A DNA stretch of 54,554 bases from a virus (taxonomy: Duplodnaviria; Caudoviricetes), in IMG/VR virus record IMGVR_UViG_3300033998_000134, positions 1-54,554 of that record. One strand, given 5' to 3'. Shown here one piece after another: positions 44,277 to 53,841 of this stretch. The notes beneath the pieces were generated by a model that worked only from the letters and a program-made list of their open reading frames with translations, searched no databases and was not told where the DNA came from. The first letter of the stretch is position 1, and every line of letters starts with the position of its first letter. The position numbers and the translations under genes were made by a program.

Positions 44277-45623
44277 TTACGCGAGCATATCGCCTCCGCT
44301 GATTTCATTCACATCCCCAAAATAAGCAAGGCGGGCTCCGATGTTCGACCACGAGTACGTCCAGGCGTTGAACGAGAGCGAGCAGGCGAGACCGCACTTC
44401 GCACCGTACGCAGCGGCGCCGCCCCAGAGCCACACCTGACCTGCAATATTGTAATAGAAGTAGTCGTTATATGATACGCCGGCTTGCACTGCATATGGAA
44501 ACATAAACGCAGCCTGCTCTCCCATCGCTATTAAATTCATTTTATGTGCAGTGGTTGCTGTATTTGAAATGGCTGCACTATGGCGATGTGCGACGAAAGT
44601 TTTGATCTTTTCAAAATCTGCCATAGTGGGGGCCGATGTGGCCGGCATAAAATTGTCTCTCCATACCACTACATCGTTATTGATCGAACACATGTGTCCG
44701 TCAAATTCCCAAAACTGTCCCCACGGGTTTTCAAAGGAGAGAACCTTTACGGAGTTGCAGGTAGCCCCTGCCGAATCGAGCACCGATGATTTCCCGTCCG
44801 CTGTACCGAGACTGAGTGTTTGACCGGTAACGATAGTATATTGGTTTGTTGCTACCGCACTTCCCGTACCGTCAAGACCTGGACCCCATACCTTCGTAGC
44901 ATCAGCTAGCTCACACTCCTGGCTACCTCTTTGTCCATAAGCGGCCATCATATACCATAACAGCATGTTTCTGAAATGCACTCCTGCCAGCCCGTAGCTT
45001 TTACCGTATAATTGTGCGCTATCCCAAAATTGTTTTACTGTTTTCGATCGGGTTGGTACGACATTGGGAACCGATCGTAGCCGTCCGCTTCCATCAACCC
45101 ATCCCTTGAACATGCCAACATACTGAGCGGGCTCTGTCCACCCCGGTAGATCCAAAAGTGACAACCATAACCGTTGTATCGTTTTGCCGGCTATCTCAAC
45201 CGTCTGAATATAGCATCCGGTTCTGGGAATCTTACCCATGAAGTTGGCGTTGGCCAAAGCTGCTACCGCACTTCCGGTCACAGGGTCAACGGCCGGTGAT
45301 CCATCAGCGAAATACCGGTTATCCTCTCTTGACAGCTCGGCGAAGTTTCCCGTTTGATCCATTACTCCTGCTTTCCACTCTCTTACCCATAGATTGAACA
45401 TCTCCCTGTTGCCACCTACGTTCACTTTTAGCGGAGTTGATGCCGGTTCGTTTACGTCAATGTAAAAAGCTACCTGGTTCAGATAAAGGTCATTATTTTT
45501 GATAATGCCTTCTTTTAGGTCTTTCATGGTTGTGCGGCCGACTGTATTTCCGAAAACACCTAAGATCTGATCCTGATCCGTAAAGTCGGTGACCAACTGC
45601 GCTTGTCTTAATTCTTTATTCAT
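44277..45623 (-). CDS. DGR target protein (putative receptor-binding protein, CLec-like C-terminus)
   Basis: FENPWGQFWEF and a C-terminal VR encoding WGGAAAYGAKCGLACSLSFNAWTYSWSNIGARL. Confidence 0.9.
   Translation of the reverse strand: MNKELRQAQLVTDFTDQDQILGVFGNTVGRTTMKDLKEGIIKNNDLYLNQVAFYIDVNEPASTPLKVNVGGNREMFNLWVREWKAGVMDQTGNFAELSREDNRYFADGSPAVDPVTGSAVAALANANFMGKIPRTGCYIQTVEIAGKTIQRLWLSLLDLPGWTEPAQYVGMFKGWVDGSGRLRSVPNVVPTRSKTVKQFWDSAQLYGKSYGLAGVHFRNMLLWYMMAAYGQRGSQECELADATKVWGPGLDGTGSAVATNQYTIVTGQTLSLGTADGKSSVLDSAGATCNSVKVLSFENPWGQFWEFDGHMCSINNDVVVWRDNFMPATSAPTMADFEKIKTFVAHRHSAAISNTATTAHKMNLIAMGEQAAFMFPYAVQAGVSYNDYFYYNIAGQVWLWGGAAAYGAKCGLACSLSFNAWTYSWSNIGARLAYFGDVNEISGGDMLA
44330..44433 (-). 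repeat. DGR variable repeat (VR)
   Basis: Changes relative to TR: AAC->GCC, GAG->GCG, AAC->TAC, AAT->AAG, AAC->CTC, AAC->TTC, AAC->TAC. Confidence 0.95.
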
Positions 45624-45676
45624 ACTTATATACTTTTTGTCTAAAACTACCGGCTTTGGCCGAGTAGTGGTTTATG

Positions 45677-46723
45677 TTATATAATTGTTACTGTTCCTAC
45701 ATAGTTGGCATCCGAATAATATTCGGGGCCTCCACCGATAGGGGTGTTCTTACAATCAGCGGCAGTGACGGTTACGGATTTCCCTGTGCCGCTTTTGGTT
45801 ACAACGCCTAATGCATTGTAAATATCCCATGTCCAATCTGTATCGAGTGTAGGAAGGGTGACATTATTCTTCATAAGATAAAATTCAAATTGGCCGTTTG
45901 TTGTCTGGCTAACAAAATCGACTATCCTGTGCACCCTCACCTGGTATTCATCGGCAATATCACTGATATGTTGACCATCCTGCGCAACGGGCACCCCATT
46001 AAGAAGTAATATGGCTACATACATGCTCGCGCCCGATACATCATCCCTGGTTACCGTAATCGACGCCGTTGTATCCGGCATTTTCACCTTGTCTTTATAC
46101 CACTCAACAGTATAGCCATCTTCTCCGATCGTTATGTTTTTCACGCCATAATTTGCCTGCAAGGAGAGTACAGTAGATGGGTTTAATGCATCCAGAACGA
46201 TTCTTGGTGTAGTGATAACTACATAATGAGAGTCGCTTCCTGCCTGCTGGATAACAATATCCATGCTGCCAACGTAAGAGTTGATCATTCCGTTGGAAAT
46301 GTAAGTAAGGCTGTATCCTATCTGCTTATTGGCTACCTGTGTCGGTGATGCGATATTGTTGATGATCTTGAAAAATACTTTTCCGTCAAACTGCATCATC
46401 TTAAACTTGTTATCCGTTGAGGTTCTCCATCCTGTTTCGTCTGCAGAAGAAAATACTATCTGAGAACCATCGTAGGTGAATACGGCCTCAATAATACTCA
46501 CTGGATATCCAACCGCGCTTTTCGCGCTAAACTCACATATCGGCTGCTGGTTCGGATCTGTCCAGTCAACAGACAATGCCCCCGAAACAATATCGACGGC
46601 CTGAAACAATGCCGCTCCTTTTCTAACGCCATTGTCTATCCTGTATATCTCTCTTGTGATATACACATCATCTCCTATTTTTAAGAAGCGTACGGTGAAC
46701 GCTCCTTTTACTTGTTCTGCCAT
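45677..46723 (-). CDS. Tail structural protein (Ig-like, beta-rich)
   Basis: YTVEWYKD..SITVTRDDV and WTWDIY..GKSVTVTAADC patterns; in the tail operon. Confidence 0.6.
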   Translation of the reverse strand: MAEQVKGAFTVRFLKIGDDVYITREIYRIDNGVRKGAALFQAVDIVSGALSVDWTDPNQQPICEFSAKSAVGYPVSIIEAVFTYDGSQIVFSSADETGWRTSTDNKFKMMQFDGKVFFKIINNIASPTQVANKQIGYSLTYISNGMINSYVGSMDIVIQQAGSDSHYVVITTPRIVLDALNPSTVLSLQANYGVKNITIGEDGYTVEWYKDKVKMPDTTASITVTRDDVSGASMYVAILLLNGVPVAQDGQHISDIADEYQVRVHRIVDFVSQTTNGQFEFYLMKNNVTLPTLDTDWTWDIYNALGVVTKSGTGKSVTVTAADCKNTPIGGGPEYYSDANYVGTVTII

Positions 46724-46926
46724 ACTTCGCTATTGATTAAATTGTTTAGTTCTGCTCTGCTTACAAGCTTCCCGCCGAGATTTACCGCCCATACATCCGG
46801 ATCGCCAAGATGTCTTAACTCATTCTCATTCACTATCATCTTTGTCTTTGAAGGGTTAAGACGATGTAAATGAATCCTGATCCCGTAGGACTCTGCTCTT
46901 TTCTTATTTACTATTGCGTATTTCAT
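46708..46926 (-). CDS. Small tail-module protein
   Basis: 72 aa, overlapping both neighbours. Confidence 0.6.
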   Translation of the reverse strand: MKYAIVNKKRAESYGIRIHLHRLNPSKTKMIVNENELRHLGDPDVWAVNLGGKLVSRAELNNLINSEVWQNK

Positions 46927-48167
46927 ATCATATAATAATTTCCAGATTCGTCTGTATATACGTCTCCCGCCTCATCCGTTGCCAGAGAACTTGCTCCATG
47001 TGGATCAACATCAAAGCCAACAGAGAAGTAGTTGTCGTTCTTGGTCACCCCTACGCCTGTGTCCGATAGGGGAATCTCGAGAGAGGCGCCAATATTGTGT
47101 TTTACTTCTCCCGCACTGATCCAGCTACCAAGCACATTGTCATAAGTTCGTGCCTCTGTGAACCACGTGATTTTGTAGTATAATTCCGGATATGCTATCG
47201 TTCCGTTTTTTAAGTTTACAATTGCCTTGTTGTAATACATTTTCTGATGTGGCGAGACATCCGATCCGAATGCAGGAAAACACTCGTACACTTTTTCTTC
47301 TTCTCTCCTTATAGAGAATGCTGCTTTGGCGAGCTGCTTTGTATTGCGGTATATCCTTACTTCATATTCCTTTTTGCTTATCAGCCTCAGGTCGAAGTTT
47401 ATCAACGGAAACTCGATAGATATTACTTCCGGATTTTTGTCGCTACCGGGTATAATAGCCGTTGGTGATCCTATCTCATAAAGCTGAAGTGTTATTCCGG
47501 CAGGTAATGAGGTTATATTATGGCTTCCGCTGTTAAGGACAAGGGAAACGGACTTCTCAAAACTTCGCTCATCCTTGTAGGCGTTACGATCTCCTGCCGG
47601 TATAAGATTATTGGCAAGCATGTAATCATACAGCAATAGGTTGTCTAAAACAGGATTGTAAACAATATGAGGAATATCAACACTAATTCGGTACAGATCT
47701 TCCCCCAGATCGGTGGTGGACATTGACAGTTCGTTGCTATGCACTGTCTCTATTTTGGGTCTTCTCCAGTCCTCGAACTGTGCCTCAAATGATATGATCC
47801 ATGTTTCTGTTACTGGCGTATTCCTGAATATCTTTAATGAGCCTTTTAATTCATTGTCTGCGGTAATAATCTCATACTTTCCGGTAAATTCAGGAATATC
47901 TTTTATATCAACTCCATTAAAGAGCCATTTGATTGTTTGAGACGATAGTCTCGCATTTGCATTTCCATCGGGAAATATACCGTCCTTATCTTTCACCATC
48001 ACATAAGGACGTATAATGCATGGCGATACTGATCGGTCAGGCTCGTATTCATCCAGCAATGCATTAGATACTTGCACCAATGGCGAAAATGGAGTCGTAC
48101 ACTCGATAGAGCAGCTTATGTTTAACGGCTCAAAATCAAGTCTTGTATTTTTTACTGTACTTCTCAT
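46923..48167 (-). CDS. Tail structural protein
   Basis: 414 aa with EYEPDRSVSP motif; ends DEAGDVYTDESGNYYMI. Confidence 0.6.
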   Translation of the reverse strand: MRSTVKNTRLDFEPLNISCSIECTTPFSPLVQVSNALLDEYEPDRSVSPCIIRPYVMVKDKDGIFPDGNANARLSSQTIKWLFNGVDIKDIPEFTGKYEIITADNELKGSLKIFRNTPVTETWIISFEAQFEDWRRPKIETVHSNELSMSTTDLGEDLYRISVDIPHIVYNPVLDNLLLYDYMLANNLIPAGDRNAYKDERSFEKSVSLVLNSGSHNITSLPAGITLQLYEIGSPTAIIPGSDKNPEVISIEFPLINFDLRLISKKEYEVRIYRNTKQLAKAAFSIRREEEKVYECFPAFGSDVSPHQKMYYNKAIVNLKNGTIAYPELYYKITWFTEARTYDNVLGSWISAGEVKHNIGASLEIPLSDTGVGVTKNDNYFSVGFDVDPHGASSLATDEAGDVYTDESGNYYMI

Positions 48168-48709
48168 CTTATTTTGATATATGACATGATACTGCTTGCG
48201 TCACGGGTTGCTATTAGCGTGAACATCGTACCGGTTGATCCTTCCCTGAAATTGAGATCGTCAAAGGTGATCGTAAACTCAAACCCCTTGTTCATCCCAT
48301 GAACCTGATCCCATAACTGATCGCTGTAATAGTCTCCGCTATCTCTTTTTACATCAAGTTGTCCGTATTGCGATGTGATGGCTCTGTTATATCCATCATA
48401 TATAGTGCATTTTATAGTCTGTATATCGGCAGGCCCCATAGCGTATAACTCCTGATCAATCTGCATGTAACGTATCAGATTCACATTTTCACTGCCAAGA
48501 TTCAGCAGTGCCCATTCCTGCGTATCTGGATCCCAATAAACGAAACTCTTTAAGGAATAAACAAAAGCAAACCAACCATATTCACCGCCTGATGGATATC
48601 TCGCATAAAGCTCTTCCTTATAGATGGCTGGCTCTTTCAGATACTTCAGTATAGGAATCCGATCCAATCCGGGTATCTCGATCGTCTGTGATGGGATGTA
48701 TATTGCCAT
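48164..48709 (-). CDS. Virion/tail protein
   Basis: 181 aa with ELYARYPSGGEYGWFAFV motif; ATGA overlap with the next gene. Confidence 0.55.
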   Translation of the reverse strand: MAIYIPSQTIEIPGLDRIPILKYLKEPAIYKEELYARYPSGGEYGWFAFVYSLKSFVYWDPDTQEWALLNLGSENVNLIRYMQIDQELYAMGPADIQTIKCTIYDGYNRAITSQYGQLDVKRDSGDYYSDQLWDQVHGMNKGFEFTITFDDLNFREGSTGTMFTLIATRDASSIMSYIKIR

Positions 48710-48716
48710 TCATCTA

Positions 48717-49418
48717 TTACTGTTTTACCGTTGTTACTCCATTTTTTACGCTCTGTAAGCCGGGAAACATTTCTACGGCTCTTGCATCAAGCGCCTGCGC
48801 TATATTGTTCTTCTCGTGCATTGTAAATACTGTGCTGGCGGTGATATAGGCAAGCGGCTCTATTACCTGATCGCTCAACCCCAGCTCTGCGGTCGTTTCA
48901 ATATCTCCTAACGGCGTTACTACCGGTACATAAATAGCCTGCTCTATAACGTGAGATGTAAGATTCTTGCTAAGGGAGTAATATCTCAAAACATGCTTTA
49001 CTGTTCCGGATACCTCTTCTAAATCAATAACGCAAACAGGTCTTATCTCTGATCCCCTTGTATAATCGTTAGACTGTATGGATGATACAAGCTCATTTGC
49101 CATAGATGCCTCCTTCACCGCTTTCTGCCACCCCTGCATTTTGAATGAACTTAATAGGTAAAAGTCGCTGGGTAGCTCTACGTATCCTGTTCCTTGTGCA
49201 AGGTTAGGGAAAAGTCCTGCGCTCTTAAACGAATTATTCTTGAACCATGAGCGAGGCATCACCTTTACACACCTACGCCAGGCATCCACGTATGAACCCT
49301 CTATCTGCCTATCCAGCTGAGCGGTATCCGCACCGATGAACATCGTGCCTGCCGGATCTGCCATCGAGGCTTCATTCATGATTAGCAGCACCCTGTTTAT
49401 AAACTCTTGTTTTGTCAT
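48717..49418 (-). CDS. Putative head-tail adaptor
   Basis: MTKQEFINRV..., VELPSDFYLL and EPLAYITAS; located after the capsid gene. Confidence 0.55.
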   Translation of the reverse strand: MTKQEFINRVLLIMNEASMADPAGTMFIGADTAQLDRQIEGSYVDAWRRCVKVMPRSWFKNNSFKSAGLFPNLAQGTGYVELPSDFYLLSSFKMQGWQKAVKEASMANELVSSIQSNDYTRGSEIRPVCVIDLEEVSGTVKHVLRYYSLSKNLTSHVIEQAIYVPVVTPLGDIETTAELGLSDQVIEPLAYITASTVFTMHEKNNIAQALDARAVEMFPGLQSVKNGVTTVKQ

Positions 49419-49496
49419 CTCGATCTTTTATGAATAAAGGCTGTCAGCAGCATCACTGACTACTAACAGCCTCATTAATTTAAAAGTGTATGAACG

Positions 49497-49880
49497 TTAC
49501 TTATAATTCGGAAAGATAACGCCAAGTTCTTCGGCCTTGGCCAACACTTGCGCCTTCCTTCCGATATCAGATTCGTTTACGCCATACTTGGTTGTAAGCA
49601 CTTCGATAGCGTCAATCATATTCTTTACCTCAGGAAACTCATCTCCTATTCTTTCTGCGGCTTTATTTTCATCTATAGAATCTCCCACTACGCTTACAAG
49701 GACAATCTTTCTTTTCTTAAATAAATCGCTTTCCTCAATCGCTTCCGCCAGCTTCGGATCTTCAACGAACGCGACTGCTCCTGGCCCGCTGAATGATACG
49801 AACTCTTCTTTGCCGTCAACACCGACGTAGAAGTTATACTCTACGCCGGTAGTTGATTTATATATCCTGTATGATGTCAT
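49497..49880 (-). CDS. Hypothetical protein downstream of the major capsid gene
   Basis: 127 aa ending AKAEELGVIFPN. Confidence 0.6.
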   Translation of the reverse strand: MTSYRIYKSTTGVEYNFYVGVDGKEEFVSFSGPGAVAFVEDPKLAEAIEESDLFKKRKIVLVSVVGDSIDENKAAERIGDEFPEVKNMIDAIEVLTTKYGVNESDIGRKAQVLAKAEELGVIFPNYK

Positions 49881-49892
49881 ACCCTTGTTTGT

Positions 49893-51278
49893 TTATGCCT
49901 TAGTAACTCTAACGTGTGCTTTCGGATTCTTCAGAACAAGTCCGCAAATCTCCATCAAACCGCGCGCATCACTGTCGGCCTGCGCCGATTTTCTCAAGTC
50001 AAAGTTGGTCACTCTCCATCCCATTGTCCATTTTCTCAGGAAGTCGGGGTCAAGAATAAATCCGCTGTTAGACATACCCAAGTCATCAAGTGACTGATCA
50101 TGCGTAACCATCAGTACGCCAAACTTGCTGATATACTCAGTGAATTCAATGCCGTAAACCTGTTTGCGCGTGCCTACCGATACGTTGGCTACATATCCGT
50201 TGGTCGAGCCCTGCAGATACAGATTCTCCATGTCTTTCAGTAAGCCGCTTCCAACGATCAATAGTTTACGTTTTCCGGAGTTTGTTCCGGTAAAGGCTGT
50301 CATCATGAGGTCGGTCATCTTTGCAGCGGTTACAGCGCCTCCAAAAGAAAAGTCTTTTCCTGCCTGAGTCCAGATTCCTTCAGTCCAGAACACGTCTTCG
50401 GCCTTCGTGGTATGTGCATTTTTCACTTTCTTACGCCCTTTAACCCCTTTCCATAACGAGAAATTTTGGGTACGCTTCATATCGAAAATGGCTTCCTCTT
50501 CTGCATCGCTAAAGTTCCATTCCACTTCCTTATCTGCTTTGTTGAAGATGTCGGTGATTTCAACTTGGGCGATAAACTTTTGTAAATGTTGCTCAAAGTC
50601 GGTTGGTACACCGCTGTAAGCATCGGTAGATATCTGACTTTCTGCGGCAGCACGTCCAAAACGCGTTAGCACCGTGTTAATGGGAATAGCCGGGATGACG
50701 TCTCTGCCTGGTCCGGTTCCGTTATAAGTAACAACCAGCGGATTGCCTGCGGCAGATTTTCCTACAACATATAACTGCAAATTGTGTTCTGTATCAACGG
50801 TAGATCCGTCAGCTAAATAGCCTGGCACGCCGTTTACGTTTATCGTCTGTTCCGATGCGAATATGTCCTTGTTAGATGTAACGAGCTCTACCTGTGTGCT
50901 GCCTGCTGTAACGGCAGTGGTAACGGTAGCCGTAGTGTCGATGGTATCGATGGCATAATGCCTTACTACCTGTCCGGTACTCGTCTTTACGTCTTTAATA
51001 TTCCTCGCAATCGTGTCAAGCACCACATCGTAGGGTCTGATCTTGGTAACCTTTTTATCAATCTGATCCAGAATCAGATTAACCGATTCCTCATCACTCA
51101 TGGTGCGGGATACAGAACTATTCTCATCAACTAACACAGCCCCACCTCCGGCAGGATTAACCACATCGGATGTTACAACACCTGCGTCTGCAATACCAAA
51201 TACGGCAAGTAACGCTACAAGCAGGAACATCAATATCCCGCTTTCTTCCATTTTGGATAAAATCTTATTCATTTTCAT
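49893..51278 (-). CDS. Major capsid protein with an N-terminal hydrophobic segment
   Basis: Follows the scaffold-like gene; DQIDKKVTKIRP, HLQKFIAQVE, TEGIWTQAG and CGLVLKNPKAH. Likely start MKMNK; hydrophobic run ILMFLLVALLAVFGI. Confidence 0.75.
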   Translation of the reverse strand: MKMNKILSKMEESGILMFLLVALLAVFGIADAGVVTSDVVNPAGGGAVLVDENSSVSRTMSDEESVNLILDQIDKKVTKIRPYDVVLDTIARNIKDVKTSTGQVVRHYAIDTIDTTATVTTAVTAGSTQVELVTSNKDIFASEQTINVNGVPGYLADGSTVDTEHNLQLYVVGKSAAGNPLVVTYNGTGPGRDVIPAIPINTVLTRFGRAAAESQISTDAYSGVPTDFEQHLQKFIAQVEITDIFNKADKEVEWNFSDAEEEAIFDMKRTQNFSLWKGVKGRKKVKNAHTTKAEDVFWTEGIWTQAGKDFSFGGAVTAAKMTDLMMTAFTGTNSGKRKLLIVGSGLLKDMENLYLQGSTNGYVANVSVGTRKQVYGIEFTEYISKFGVLMVTHDQSLDDLGMSNSGFILDPDFLRKWTMGWRVTNFDLRKSAQADSDARGLMEICGLVLKNPKAHVRVTKA

Positions 51279-51297
51279 GTTCAAAAAAATTATGTTA

Positions 51298-52086
51298 TTA
51301 TTCAACTGTTTCCATTTCGTCAAAGAACGACTTCTTTGCGATTTGTTTTGTTTTTGGTTTTACGGGGTTCCGCGTAACGGTCCCCATTGCCGGCATATCG
51401 CCTTCGATTTTGCCAAATTTCATTTCCACTTTTTCGTTTTTGCCTTCTACGTAGCCGGTGTTGGCAGCTTCCTGAACATCGGCATCATAAGTAATTCCTT
51501 TCGCCACCGTCTCGATGATTTGATCCGAGAAATTACCCATCAACATATCCTCTGCCGCCTGTACCAATTGATACCGCAATCTCTCGGTATTCTCTTCGGA
51601 TAGACCGTTTGCCTTAGCATACTCATCCACCCTTTTCATTGATTTCAGGAAATTTTCTTGCGCCAGCTTACCTTCTGCCTCCGTTTTCTTTGTCTGTTCC
51701 AGGTATTCGGCGTAGCCTTTTTCCATATCGTTTAGTGCATCCTCATCCTGTAGAAAATCTTTTCCGTACAATTTTGCAATCACGTATGCCGGATTCCTCC
51801 GATTACCGTTTTCATCAGTCCCCATGATTCCGGCAATGAGCGCCCCTAAACGCGGATCTTCCGCAATACGCTTTGCGAGTGCAGAATTTACTTCGTTTTG
51901 CTTGTCATATCTACTTTTGTAGCTATCGGCCTCAGATAAGACGTAATCATACAGGTCATCATCCGCAGGCTCTCCCTCGTAATCAGGATTTGATTCTCGC
52001 CAGCGGTTCATGACTGCATTCCTTCCTCTTGGCGGCTGCTCCTGTACCGGTTTTTCCTGCAGAATTGTTTGTAAATCTTTCTCCAT
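51298..52086 (-). CDS. Putative capsid scaffolding protein
   Basis: Acidic, helical 262-aa protein immediately upstream of the MCP. Confidence 0.6.
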   Translation of the reverse strand: MEKDLQTILQEKPVQEQPPRGRNAVMNRWRESNPDYEGEPADDDLYDYVLSEADSYKSRYDKQNEVNSALAKRIAEDPRLGALIAGIMGTDENGNRRNPAYVIAKLYGKDFLQDEDALNDMEKGYAEYLEQTKKTEAEGKLAQENFLKSMKRVDEYAKANGLSEENTERLRYQLVQAAEDMLMGNFSDQIIETVAKGITYDADVQEAANTGYVEGKNEKVEMKFGKIEGDMPAMGTVTRNPVKPKTKQIAKKSFFDEMETVE

Positions 52087-52125
52087 TTTTTATACAGATT
52101 AATTGTTATCTGACAATATCAGACA

Positions 52126-52169
52126 CAAATATGCAGTTTTGAAGTTTGCCGAGTGTGTGTTAAAGTAAA
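52126..52169 (-). promoter_or_regulatory. Putative late promoter (TTTACTTTAACACACA-N24-TTTG) for the scaffold/capsid/tail operon
   Basis: Motif at 52154-52169 with CATATTTG ending at 52126; same 28-nt offset. Confidence 0.6.
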
Positions 52170-52268
52170 TTTAAAATCAGATTGTTGATACATTTATTGC
52201 CTTTTTATTTTATATTTTGGTAATGTTTTGTTTCTTTGGCGTATATCACTATTAAATAGATAACCGCT

Positions 52269-52664
52269 ATGGCGAAACTTTACATGAAGCTGGAAAAGAA
52301 CAGGGAGTTCTATCGAGCATGTGAGAAGATAAGGCGAGAAGAGAAAGAATATCTCTCAACAAAGGACATAGCCGAGAGGGCCGAGAACACTAAATGCTCT
52401 TCATTTTTTATGAGCGAGTACTATATTAAGCGCCTCCTGTGGGAGATCAACACGGACCGACACAAGTTGTCAAAATTTCAGCACATCCGCGACAAACACG
52501 AAGAAATCTATGCCAGATACAAAGCTCTTCTATCTGCCAAAGACGGCAAGCCGCTTTCATGGTATGCAAGACAGATAAGCATGCAGCCAGCGCCTCGATT
52601 CTATATCGATAAAGATTATGCAACAATTTTGTATTACAAATTAATTCACAGTAATAAATATTAA
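52269..52664 (+). CDS. Hypothetical basic protein with an internal duplication (candidate regulator)
   Basis: Two similar halves (CSSFFMSEYYIKRLL and APRFYIDKDYATILY); divergent from the scaffold gene. Confidence 0.65.
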   Translation: MAKLYMKLEKNREFYRACEKIRREEKEYLSTKDIAERAENTKCSSFFMSEYYIKRLLWEINTDRHKLSKFQHIRDKHEEIYARYKALLSAKDGKPLSWYARQISMQPAPRFYIDKDYATILYYKLIHSNKY

Positions 52665-52670
52665 AAAACT

Positions 52671-52814
52671 ATGAGTAAACTGTTTCGTAAGATTGCAGAA
52701 AGACTGCTTGGCAGAAAAAGTGAAAAAGAAAATAACGATACGGAGAGGATTGTCAAGGAATCCATCCCGCTTTCAGAGGCACTAAAACAATGGAGAAAAG
52801 AAAATGGTTCTTAA
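52671..52814 (+). CDS. Small protein (47 aa) with an amphipathic N-terminus
   Basis: MSKLFRKIAERLLGRK...KENGS*; lies between the 131-aa gene and the rhomboid. Confidence 0.5.
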   Translation: MSKLFRKIAERLLGRKSEKENNDTERIVKESIPLSEALKQWRKENGS

Positions 52815-53319
52815 ATATATCGTCGCAGCTCTTTTCGTGGCGGTGTACTTCATCTATGGGCGTGAGCTGGGATTTACTTCCGTATCTCCATTCTATACTC
52901 ACCTTACGTTCTCCTTTCAGCACGGAAGTATCATCCACCTTGCATTGAATACCCTTGTTTTTATTTCCACGTTCCGGGTGATGGAGCGATTCGTCAAGCC
53001 GTTCGTTCTGTTTCTTGCGATATATATCATTGCAGTGATGGCTTCTTTTTCTTCCGTTACGGATATCCCAACCGTTGGATCGTCCGGCATGATCTATGCA
53101 ATGTTCGGCATGGAGACGGTGATCGTTATATACAATAAAGCGACCGGAAAACAGAAGAGGTTATTCTTCTTCGGTATCATCGTGATGCTTGCGGCGTCCT
53201 TTTTCAATGCCGGCAGTTCGTTTATGGTGCATATAACCTCCTGCACATTCGGGGCAATGTTCTATATGGTAAAAAGATGGAGACATCTTCGCAGACATCT
53301 CCATCCATCAAAAAACTAA
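52804..53319 (+). CDS. Rhomboid-family intramembrane serine protease
   Basis: FQHGSIIHLALN (HxxxxHxxxN), VGSSG catalytic Ser, TM6 His (FMVH) and six hydrophobic segments. Confidence 0.88.
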   Translation: MVLKYIVAALFVAVYFIYGRELGFTSVSPFYTHLTFSFQHGSIIHLALNTLVFISTFRVMERFVKPFVLFLAIYIIAVMASFSSVTDIPTVGSSGMIYAMFGMETVIVIYNKATGKQKRLFFFGIIVMLAASFFNAGSSFMVHITSCTFGAMFYMVKRWRHLRRHLHPSKN

Positions 53320-53334
53320 CTAACCATCATTTCA

Positions 53335-53841
53335 TCAAAAAAAGTTGCCGCCCGTTCTCGACCGTGCTATTCGTTTTTCCAGATATGCACGGCCGTCCAT
53401 AAGTGCATTGTCAGCCCTTGCTTTGTAAAGTGCTGCATCTTGTGCATCCTTCGTCTCCAGCCATCGGTACATAATGTAAGACACAAGGAATTCTCTTGTT
53501 TTTATACTCACCTGTTTGTTGTAAAACTGATTATAATCATCGGGCATCAAAAGCGAGAAACTAAAATCCCGATCAATCGAGAAGTTGGACTCCTCAAAGA
53601 AATACTGCTCGTCCGTCTCAGGTGCATACTGCATGTATGCTCCGTATCTGTCCATCACCTTTGCCTGTGCATCAAAAAACAACTCCCTGAACTTGCGAAA
53701 ATATTCTTCGTCAAATACAAACTGCTCGAAGAGACTCTGTCCGTCACCTGCAATCTTCCTTTCGGCATACAGTGACGATTCCTGTTTAACTGCTTCGAGA
53801 ATATGATCGTGCGAAAATATGTAAGGTACTATTATACTCAT
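53335..53841 (-). CDS. Putative head completion/adaptor protein
   Basis: 168 aa coupled to the portal stop; EFLVSYIMYRWL motif. Confidence 0.55.
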   Translation of the reverse strand: MSIIVPYIFSHDHILEAVKQESSLYAERKIAGDGQSLFEQFVFDEEYFRKFRELFFDAQAKVMDRYGAYMQYAPETDEQYFFEESNFSIDRDFSFSLLMPDDYNQFYNKQVSIKTREFLVSYIMYRWLETKDAQDAALYKARADNALMDGRAYLEKRIARSRTGGNFF

